Source of the DNA: Candidatus Parcubacteria bacterium
GTDB taxonomy: Bacteria; Patescibacteriota; Patescibacteriia; Magasanikbacterales; UBA922
Direction of reading: 5' to 3'
DNA: 48,440 nucleotides
Assembly (NCBI GenBank): GCA_002869205.1
Contig: PKTJ01000023.1
Span: 1-48,440, forward strand
A program made the translations under genes and the position numbers. The notes beneath the pieces are model-generated. The model made no database searches and was not told where the DNA came from. It saw only the letters and a list, made by a program, of their open reading frames with translations. Of the stretch, positions 36,921 through 44,709 are shown one piece after another; positions within the stretch are counted from its first letter, which is position 1, and each line of letters opens with the position of its first letter.

Positions 36921-38936
36921 TCAATTTTGAGTCTTGTATTGAGCCCACCACTCGAGAAATTCAGCTGCAATTGGTTCTGCAACCCAACCACCTTCCCCAC
37001 CCTCTTCTACAAGAATAGTAACAGCAATTTCTGGATTGTCGTATGGTGCAAAAGCAGTAAACCAGGCATGTGTGTCTCTGTTGCTATTCCATTGTGCTGT
37101 TCCTGTTTTTCCACCTGAGCCAAAAGGTAAACGACGTAAATCCCAACATGATCCGTGATCTACACAGTCGTACATCCCGAGCTTAATTGTTTCTAAATGA
37201 TTTTGATCTATGAAGTCACTATTAAGTACCTCTGATTGGATATATGTCTCTTCTCCTGTGTCTGGATCTATCATTTTTTGCACCACATGTGGTTTGTATA
37301 ACTTTCCTCCATTTGAGATTGCGGCTGTTACTGCTGTGATTTGCAGCGGTGTAATTAGTAAGTCACCTTGTCCGATTGATAAGTTGTACGTGTCACCCAC
37401 ATACCAACGCTCTCCTTTTTTGTCTTTTTTCCATTCAGGTGATGGTAAGAAGCCTTTTGCTTCCGATGGTAGATCTATACCAAGTTTTTCACTTAGTCCA
37501 TATTCTTTCAAATAATCTGTAATACGTTTTACCCCAAGGCCGACAAATTCTCTATATCCTCCACCAATATAGTAATAAAATGTATTAACAGACCAGGCAA
37601 TTGATTCTCGTACGTCTGTAATACCATGACCCCCTGCTTTCCAGTCTGGGAAAAACCATTGACCAACAGCAATACCACCTACACTTTTGAATGTCGTACG
37701 TGAGGTGATTACTTTTTCTTGAAGTGCGGCCGAGGCAATTGCGGGTTTGATAACTGAACCAGATGGATAGGTACCAGCAATAGATCTGTTGAAGAGTGGC
37801 CTACTTTCGTCTTGAATATAAGATGAATAGGTTTCGCTATCAATGCCACCAGAAAAATCATTATTATCAAACCCCGGTAGACTCACTAAGGCGAGTATTT
37901 CTCCTGTCTGTGGGTCCATTGCCACGCCTGCTGCGCGGGTTCGATTGACTTTATCCATACCTTTTTGCAAAAATAGTTCGAGTTGTTTTTGCATTTCATT
38001 ATCAATAGACAAGACAATATGAGCGCCTGATTTTGGAGATTCTTCCGCAAGAATTTGTTGTTCCTTACCTCGGGCATTTACTTCTATACGTTTTTTTCCA
38101 TAGACACCACGTAGGAATTCTTCGTATGTTTTTTCTACACCAATTTTTCCTATAGAATCAGACGGAAGGTAGCCTTTTTCATAGTAGGTCTCTAATTCTT
38201 CAGGTGAAAGTTTTCCAACATATCCGAGGATGTGGGAAATACTTGCGTGGTTGGAATCTAATTCTTCTTCATATATTTTTGTATCAGTAATTTCGTTCAT
38301 TCCTTCGTGTATGTAGAGCCGTTTACTTCCTCGTTGTATGTGAATACCTGGTAGTTCGCTTGCTGCAATTTGTACTTTTAGGGCGATTTCATAGGGTATG
38401 TCTTCATCCACGACAATAGATTCTCGTTGGTAGTGTCTGTATTTTTGTATAATATCTGAAATCTCTTCAACACTCTTGTTGGTAATGTCTGCTAGAGATA
38501 CAATGACCTGGTTTAATTCTATATTATCACGTGGTAAATCTTGTGGAATAACGGTTAGTGAGAAGTTTGGTACATTTTGTGTGAGTTGAATATTATTTCG
38601 ATCAAAGACAAGGCCGCGTTCAGATGGAATAGGTATAATACGTTGTCTATTCCCTTCTGCACGTGCACGATATTCATCACCTTGGAGAATTTGTAAATAT
38701 AATAATCGAGATACAATAAATACAAAACTCAGGGTGATCAACATGAGGAAATAGAATAATTTTTTTGTAGTAAAGCTACTGCCAATGTGCGAACTTCCTG
38801 AATCTACCACCTCTTCTCTTTGATTTGCGCCACCCATAGTCAAAGAATCCTCTACCCATGAGAGTTTATATCTACCACCTAGTGTATTGTTTTGATCCTT
38901 TGGGGAAATTGCAAAGGGATCGAAATCGTCGTACAT
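36921..38936 (-). CDS. mrdA: Penicillin-binding protein 2
   Basis: RG...DR, YPSGSVIK (SxxK), SVN, GKTGTAQ; next to mreBCD. Confidence 0.93.
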   Translation of the reverse strand: MYDDFDPFAISPKDQNNTLGGRYKLSWVEDSLTMGGANQREEVVDSGSSHIGSSFTTKKLFYFLMLITLSFVFIVSRLLYLQILQGDEYRARAEGNRQRIIPIPSERGLVFDRNNIQLTQNVPNFSLTVIPQDLPRDNIELNQVIVSLADITNKSVEEISDIIQKYRHYQRESIVVDEDIPYEIALKVQIAASELPGIHIQRGSKRLYIHEGMNEITDTKIYEEELDSNHASISHILGYVGKLSPEELETYYEKGYLPSDSIGKIGVEKTYEEFLRGVYGKKRIEVNARGKEQQILAEESPKSGAHIVLSIDNEMQKQLELFLQKGMDKVNRTRAAGVAMDPQTGEILALVSLPGFDNNDFSGGIDSETYSSYIQDESRPLFNRSIAGTYPSGSVIKPAIASAALQEKVITSRTTFKSVGGIAVGQWFFPDWKAGGHGITDVRESIAWSVNTFYYYIGGGYREFVGLGVKRITDYLKEYGLSEKLGIDLPSEAKGFLPSPEWKKDKKGERWYVGDTYNLSIGQGDLLITPLQITAVTAAISNGGKLYKPHVVQKMIDPDTGEETYIQSEVLNSDFIDQNHLETIKLGMYDCVDHGSCWDLRRLPFGSGGKTGTAQWNSNRDTHAWFTAFAPYDNPEIAVTILVEEGGEGGWVAEPIAAEFLEWWAQYKTQN

Positions 38937-38990
38937 ATTCTTAAGATATTTCGGTTTATATAATTACTTTGTATATATTTATAATATAAA

Positions 38991-39100
38991 CCCCTCCCTA
39001 ACCCTCCCCTATGAGGGGTGGGTAAAACATGTATTTTATTTATCTGTTTACTCTGTTAATTATTTATCTGACCCCCCTTCGTAGGGGGAGTTGGAGGGGG
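38991..39100. repeat. Inverted pair of C-rich palindromic units
   Basis: CCCCTCCCTAACCCTCCCC.ATGAGGGG (from 38991) facing CCCCCCTTCGTAGGGGGAGTTGGAGGGGG (39072-39100). Confidence 0.7.
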
Positions 39101-39144
39101 TGTGGTTTTAATTAAATTAAGTTTGATTTTATAATTTTACCTAC

Positions 39145-39648
39145 CTATAGAAAAGATGAGGTAAACTTTTTTGAAAATGTGGTTATGAGAAAATAAGAAA
39201 TGATTGTTCCAAGCATGGTAAATAACAATTCCCATGCAAATTTTATAAATAAATTATATATGAGAATATCTGCGACAAATGACATTAATACAATGTAGAG
39301 TATTCGGAATATGACTAAACCAGTAAGTGTAATGGCAAAAACAGAAAGCAAGGACTGGTTCGTAAAAAATCCTTTGTGTAACCAATAGAGAAAAAGGATG
39401 GAAAGTGTACCTGATATGATATACACACCGAATGGCGAGATACTATATATGTCCATAAAAAAATGTAAGATAAAAGAAAACCAAACAATTTTTCCAGAAC
39501 CATTAAAGACAATGAGTAGTATTAACACCAGAAAAGTGATGTTGAGGGTATTGAGAGGTGTTGGGAGTATATTAAAAAGGCCTATGTGGGCCATAGTAAG
39601 AAATAATGCAAATAGTAGTATAAGAATGCTATCAAGAATCTTCTTCAT
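39145..39648 (-). CDS. mreD: Rod shape-determining protein MreD (putative)
   Basis: Fully hydrophobic 167 aa with D..S..PFG; lies between mreC and mrdA. Confidence 0.72.
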   Translation of the reverse strand: MKKILDSILILLFALFLTMAHIGLFNILPTPLNTLNITFLVLILLIVFNGSGKIVWFSFILHFFMDIYSISPFGVYIISGTLSILFLYWLHKGFFTNQSLLSVFAITLTGLVIFRILYIVLMSFVADILIYNLFIKFAWELLFTMLGTIISYFLITTFSKKFTSSFL

Positions 39649-40462
39649 AAGGTATAACGTCTCGTGTTATGTGTGTAATGATACTTACCACACTTAGGTG
39701 TGAAAGATCGGCTGTTGGGTTGAGGACTGCTTGTTGGAATGGTTCGTGTGGTTGTTTTTCTATTACCTCTACTACACCTATTACTAGACCACGAGGCATT
39801 CCTTCGGTAAGACCTGAAGTAACGATAGTATCTCCTGGTGAGACAACTTCATTTTGAGGAATAAAATTCATATGAACACCGAGTCCATAACCTCCTTCAA
39901 CAAGCCCAATGCTTTTTTCTCCATTGAGTATCATGGCCCCTACCCTACTCGTATTGTCATTGATAAGTTTTACAATTGCACTGTGTTTTTCTGTAGATAC
40001 GACTTTTCCAATGAGTATTCCTTTGCCGATGATAACAGGGTTGTTTTGGAATAATCCATGTAATTCACCTTTGTCTATGACGATTGTTGTTCCAAGAGGA
40101 TCCACAGTTCTTCCTATTACTTCTGCTCCGACATGTGTATATTGCCCAGATGACAAGAATTCTAGTTGACTTTTTAATTCTGTATTTTCATCTTCGAGAA
40201 GAGTCAGTCGTGTTTTGTCAACAAGGTTATTCTCCAATTCTTGTTCAAGATTTTTTACACTCTCTACAAGAGTTTGTTTATCCAGCTTCCCTACTTCTCG
40301 TGAGTCAAAGAATGTGCCTACGGAAGTAAAAGGTTTTGATCCAAGCTGGAGTAATGTAGAAAAACCATTTTCTATAGGTTTGAGCCAGCCTGCAGAATGT
40401 AAAAAAATGGTAAATATAATAATTACCAAAATTGCTATAAATGTTTTTTTCTTTGACACCAT
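39632..40462 (-). CDS. mreC: Rod shape-determining protein MreC
   Basis: TM helix, coiled coil with EN..LK, IDKG..HG, GD..VTSG, P.GL.IG.V. Confidence 0.92.
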   Translation of the reverse strand: MVSKKKTFIAILVIIIFTIFLHSAGWLKPIENGFSTLLQLGSKPFTSVGTFFDSREVGKLDKQTLVESVKNLEQELENNLVDKTRLTLLEDENTELKSQLEFLSSGQYTHVGAEVIGRTVDPLGTTIVIDKGELHGLFQNNPVIIGKGILIGKVVSTEKHSAIVKLINDNTSRVGAMILNGEKSIGLVEGGYGLGVHMNFIPQNEVVSPGDTIVTSGLTEGMPRGLVIGVVEVIEKQPHEPFQQAVLNPTADLSHLSVVSIITHITRDVIPYEEDS

Positions 40463-40476
40463 AGAGATGGTGGAGA

Positions 40477-41523
40477 TTATTTTTCGTTACGAGCTGATGG
40501 AAGTACCACTTCTTTCAAGAGTTCATCTTCTTCGAGTAGAATTCCTGCACCACGAACTACTGCAGTGAGAGGATCATCAATTACACGAACAGGAATTTCA
40601 GCAGCTTGTGATATCACAGTGTCGAGTCCTTTGAGAAGTGCTCCACCGCCCACAAGGAGTAGTCCTCGCTCGTGAATATCAGCGGTCAGTTCTGGAGGTG
40701 TAATTTCGAGTGTCATTTTTACATAATCAACAATTGTCTTTACACTTCGTTCGATAGCTTCGCGAATATGTTCATCAGAAATAGTAACTTCTTTTGGAAG
40801 ACCAGTGACGACGTCTCTACCTTTCATAGGAAATTCTATATGCTCATTATTTGTCATGGCAGAACCTACTTTTTTCTTTATTTCTTCGGCGTGAGTTTCA
40901 CCAACAAGTAGGCTAAACACTTCACGGGCGTATTGTATGATGTTTCTATTCATCTCATCTCCTGCAATAGGAGTAGATTTCCAAGTGACAACACCACTAA
41001 GTGATATAACTGCAATTTCAGTATTTCCTCCACCAATGTCCACCACCATGTTTCCTACTGCTTCGCGAATAGGAAGGCGTGCTCCGATTGCTGCTGCCAT
41101 AGGTTCTTGTACCACGTGCACTTCACGCGCTCCTGCTGAGAGTGTTGCATCTTCTACTGCCTTGATTTCTACTTCTGTCACATCTAGTGGTACTACGATT
41201 ACTACACGTGGGCGTGAGGCTAGAGAGAAGCCTTCTTGATGAACTTTATCAATAAAGTATTTAAGCATTTTTTCAGTTACCTCATAATCTGAAATCACAC
41301 CTTCGGTAAGAGGGCGGGTAACTTGAATATGGGGTGGAGTTTTACCAAGCATCTGTTTTGCTTCGTGTCCCACAGACAAAATTTGCTCTGTTTTGGTGTT
41401 TATAGCCACTACAGACGGTTCATCTATCACAATCCCCTTTTCCGGCGTGTATACGAGCGTATTTGCCGTCCCTAGATCAATAGCAACGTCTTTTCCTAGT
41501 TTTTTGAATAGTCCTTTGAACAT
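40477..41523 (-). CDS. mreB: Rod shape-determining protein MreB
   Basis: DLGTANT, EPSVVA, EPMAAAIGA, DIGGG, GGGALL. Confidence 0.96.
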   Translation of the reverse strand: MFKGLFKKLGKDVAIDLGTANTLVYTPEKGIVIDEPSVVAINTKTEQILSVGHEAKQMLGKTPPHIQVTRPLTEGVISDYEVTEKMLKYFIDKVHQEGFSLASRPRVVIVVPLDVTEVEIKAVEDATLSAGAREVHVVQEPMAAAIGARLPIREAVGNMVVDIGGGNTEIAVISLSGVVTWKSTPIAGDEMNRNIIQYAREVFSLLVGETHAEEIKKKVGSAMTNNEHIEFPMKGRDVVTGLPKEVTISDEHIREAIERSVKTIVDYVKMTLEITPPELTADIHERGLLLVGGGALLKGLDTVISQAAEIPVRVIDDPLTAVVRGAGILLEEDELLKEVVLPSARNEK

Positions 41524-41526
41524 ACT

Positions 41527-42012
41527 TTATTTTTTAATCTGTCCTTTGAGAAAATCAAGACCTGATTCTTTAATTGGATAGTTAAATGTCCTAACTAAGT
41601 TTTTTATAATCTTAAAGTGTTTTCTTCGAAAATTCAATTTATAATCTGAAGATCTTTTGAGACTATTTATTATGTGTATACTAATCCAATAACTTGAAGA
41701 ACCTCCATTTTGTGCTACTTTTTCATAAACACGTACATTTTTTATATTTGATTTTTGTATAAAAAATTTTTGACCTCGTTTTTCAATGATAAGATGATCT
41801 TTTTCTATGGTGAGATAGCTCCATGCAAATACTATTGGTATTGCAAACAAGACAAGTATTACAATCCATAAAGGTACTATATTATAATCTGACATGTCAA
41901 GAATAACATCAAATATATTCATTTTATATATCGCATAGAGTAATAAAACAAATACAACATAATATACAAATGTCTTATAATCAAGATCTAATACTCTAAA
42001 TCTTTGTTGCAT
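41527..42012 (-). CDS. Hypothetical membrane protein
   Basis: Two TM helices plus a soluble domain; tightly packed between proS and mreB; AT-rich. Confidence 0.7.
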   Translation of the reverse strand: MQQRFRVLDLDYKTFVYYVVFVLLLYAIYKMNIFDVILDMSDYNIVPLWIVILVLFAIPIVFAWSYLTIEKDHLIIEKRGQKFFIQKSNIKNVRVYEKVAQNGGSSSYWISIHIINSLKRSSDYKLNFRRKHFKIIKNLVRTFNYPIKESGLDFLKGQIKK

Positions 42013-42015
42013 ATC

Positions 42016-43251
42016 TTAAGCTTCATCAATATTTACTAAATTAGATTCTCCTTCATTTCTCATTTTAACTTCAACACTGTTTTGCTCCAAAGTTTTTGGA
42101 CTTATGATGATTCTCTTTGGAATACCAATGAGATCGCTATCTGCAAATTTTTGACCTGGACGAACACCTTCTCGGTCATCATACAGGACTTCAATACCTT
42201 GGTCTTGTAATTTCTTGTATATTTCATCAGCTTTTTTGATATCTTCTTCATCGCGACAAAGTGAAACAAGGTGTACGCTGTATGGTGCGACAGACTCTGG
42301 CCAGACAATACCGTGCTCATCAGATAAGATTTCTACGATTGCCCCCATGAGTCGTCCAAGACCAATACCGTAAGAACCCATGAACACGTGTTTGTTTTCT
42401 CCGTTTTCATCTGCATATACGAGATCAAAAGGTTCTGAAAATTTAGTACCTAGGGTAAAGATATTACCTACCTCAATTGCTTTTTTCTCGACAAGTTCGT
42501 CTTTGTTCAATTCAAGTTCAGATAGTACTTCATCTGTGTATACTTCTTTGTTCACTGCCAATTCTTTTTTCTCATCTACGTAAATGGTATCTTCACCAGC
42601 ATCAGTAATGGCTTGGAACTCATGTGAAAATTTTGAAAATGTACCACCTGAAGCAAACGTGATGTAGGTTAATTCTCCAATACCAACACGATTGAAAATA
42701 TTCTTGTATGCGATTTTTGATTTTTCATAAAAGTCGTTGTGTTGTTCCTCATCTTTTGAAAATGAGTACAATGCTTTCCAGAAAAATTCACGACCTCTCA
42801 TGATACCAGATTTACTTCTTGTTTCATTTCGAAAAATTTCTTTGAAATCATACGGATAGACAGGTAAATCTTTGTATGAATGTATATATTGTTTTAGAAT
42901 ATTTGAGTAGGCTTCTTCATTGGTAAAAGATAAGCCTACCTCTGTGCCATTTTTTAAGCTTGTTTTAAACCAATTATCCACGACACTGTCATCCCAACGG
43001 TTTGATTTTTCCCAGACCTCTTTGTTTTGTAATATAGAGGTCTTCATCTCCATACCGCCTACCACATCCATTTCTTCTCTGATAATATCTTCAATTTTTT
43101 TCATTACACGCAATCCTAATGGTAGATAGGTATAAACACCAGCCATTTCTTTGTGCAAAAATCCTGCTCGGATCAATAATTGAGCATTTTTGGAAACCTC
43201 GTCACTTGGAGCTTCTTTTCGTGTTTTGGTGAACAATTGTGTTTGTCTCAT
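42016..43251 (-). CDS. proS: Proline--tRNA ligase (short form without editing insertion)
   Basis: LLIRAG, GVYTYLPLG, FRNE.R, SHEF, IEVG.IF.LG, MGSYGIG; 411 aa. Confidence 0.92.
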   Translation of the reverse strand: MRQTQLFTKTRKEAPSDEVSKNAQLLIRAGFLHKEMAGVYTYLPLGLRVMKKIEDIIREEMDVVGGMEMKTSILQNKEVWEKSNRWDDSVVDNWFKTSLKNGTEVGLSFTNEEAYSNILKQYIHSYKDLPVYPYDFKEIFRNETRSKSGIMRGREFFWKALYSFSKDEEQHNDFYEKSKIAYKNIFNRVGIGELTYITFASGGTFSKFSHEFQAITDAGEDTIYVDEKKELAVNKEVYTDEVLSELELNKDELVEKKAIEVGNIFTLGTKFSEPFDLVYADENGENKHVFMGSYGIGLGRLMGAIVEILSDEHGIVWPESVAPYSVHLVSLCRDEEDIKKADEIYKKLQDQGIEVLYDDREGVRPGQKFADSDLIGIPKRIIISPKTLEQNSVEVKMRNEGESNLVNIDEA

Positions 43252-43655
43252 AATTCTAGATTAGTTGTTGAAGAATTTTTGTGTTTTATTGAAATGGTAA
43301 ATGAAATAACTAGTATAAATATCACGAATAGAAGTAACGCGTTCCAGATGTTTAAAAATCCCCCACCTCGTAAGTACAAAAACATAATAATGAAGGCGGT
43401 GATAAAAACTGATTGTTTGAAACTAATTTGTACATAGCGGAATAGTGGTAAGTCTCGTGATGCAAACAATTTGTAAGACAGGAACGTAAGAAGAGATATT
43501 GTTCCGAGAAGCGCCAGAAAGAAGCTCATATAAAAAAAGACAAATCCCAGATAAGTGGTCTGGAATGGATCAACATTGATAATCACAAATACCCAAGATA
43601 TCCAACACAGGATGGTTGCAAATAGCATGGTAAAGATGTATTGGCGAAGGGTCAT
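43248..43655 (-). CDS. Hypothetical four-TM membrane protein
   Basis: Hydrophobic 135-aa ORF overlapping the proS start. Confidence 0.75.
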   Translation of the reverse strand: MTLRQYIFTMLFATILCWISWVFVIINVDPFQTTYLGFVFFYMSFFLALLGTISLLTFLSYKLFASRDLPLFRYVQISFKQSVFITAFIIMFLYLRGGGFLNIWNALLLFVIFILVISFTISIKHKNSSTTNLEL

Positions 43656-43659
43656 ATAG

Positions 43660-43785
43660 TGTAATCTCGAATCCGAACGATAGTGAGTGATGAGAGATCT
43701 TTCTTACAAAGCGCACCTCTCTTTGGCTATTTTGTGAATTAGAGGTGTTTAATTTATGAAAGATTCCTCACTCTGTTCGGAATGA
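43660..43785. mobile_element. MITE-like empty relative of GIY-YIG element 1
   Basis: Right arm GAAAGATTCCTCACTCTGTTCGGAAT is 24/26 identical to 13310-13335; left arm ends GATCTTTCTTA as at 12931-12941. Confidence 0.7.
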
Positions 43786-43853
43786 ATATAAAAATAGCTC
43801 TTATCAAGCTATCTTATTTTACCGCTTTTGTGGGTTTTTGACAAGTTTTGTTC

Positions 43854-44153
43854 TTAGGCCAAATATCGTATACGATCCACCTCATTTTTGCCTAATTTTT
43901 CATTCATTTTTTCTACTATTTCAGCCTGATTGAGTCTAATTTCTCCGGCTATGGCAGAACTCGAACAGCTTACAGTAAGTGTTCTGTTTTTCAAAAACAA
44001 CGGCTTTGCTTGCAACGCCATTTCTTTTTCAAACATCTCCTCAAACACACTTTGTGCAATTTCAATAATTTCAGCTTCTTCGAGCTGTTTTTTCCCTGCA
44101 GCATCTTTTTCTGAATTGTCATGGAGTGTGTCTCCAAGTGGTGTAAATGGCAT
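43854..44153 (-). CDS. DUF721/DciA family protein
   Basis: L.V.CSSS..A.E.RL....I..K.N..LG...V..I pattern, 99 aa. Confidence 0.75.
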   Translation of the reverse strand: MPFTPLGDTLHDNSEKDAAGKKQLEEAEIIEIAQSVFEEMFEKEMALQAKPLFLKNRTLTVSCSSSAIAGEIRLNQAEIVEKMNEKLGKNEVDRIRYLA

Positions 44154-44164
44154 AGTTATATTAA

Positions 44165-44683
44165 CTAGACTTTGTATATGTATATAGTATCATCTTTTGC
44201 GACAGGTTGCCAGTCCGGAAAGGTAAACGCATGTGAAACAATACGACTTCCTGGCTTCATTTCACGTTTTATTTTCTTTTTTAGCTTATTCATCCAGTGA
44301 GGAATAAAGTAAATTGAAATCACATCATACTCACTCAAATCAACATTCCAGAGGGTGTCACGTATGAGTGTGGTATTTTTGCTTTTACTTTTTGTCTTTT
44401 TTAGTTTACTTATGATATGCAAAAGTGGGCTGATTTCTACTCCTGTTGCATGTTTGCATTTTTTTGCGGCTGCAAATACCAGTCTCCCATCACCAGAACC
44501 AAGATCTATGAACTTTTCATCTTGTTTTAATTCTACAAGCTTGAGCATCCTCTCTACCTTTGTATGATTTGTTGGCACAAATGGTGCTCCGCTAATCATG
44601 GCATAGAGTGCATAGAGCAAATATACGAGAATCGCGATATAAATTAACGAAAATACAATTATGATTGCCCAAAGCATAAGCAT
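44165..44683 (-). CDS. Membrane-anchored class I SAM-dependent methyltransferase
   Basis: GAPFVPT, DLGSGDGR, G.EI, KPGSRIVS. Confidence 0.88.
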   Translation of the reverse strand: MLMLWAIIIVFSLIYIAILVYLLYALYAMISGAPFVPTNHTKVERMLKLVELKQDEKFIDLGSGDGRLVFAAAKKCKHATGVEISPLLHIISKLKKTKSKSKNTTLIRDTLWNVDLSEYDVISIYFIPHWMNKLKKKIKREMKPGSRIVSHAFTFPDWQPVAKDDTIYIYKV

Positions 44684-44709
44684 CTTATAAGATTATTAGT
44701 TATGATCTA

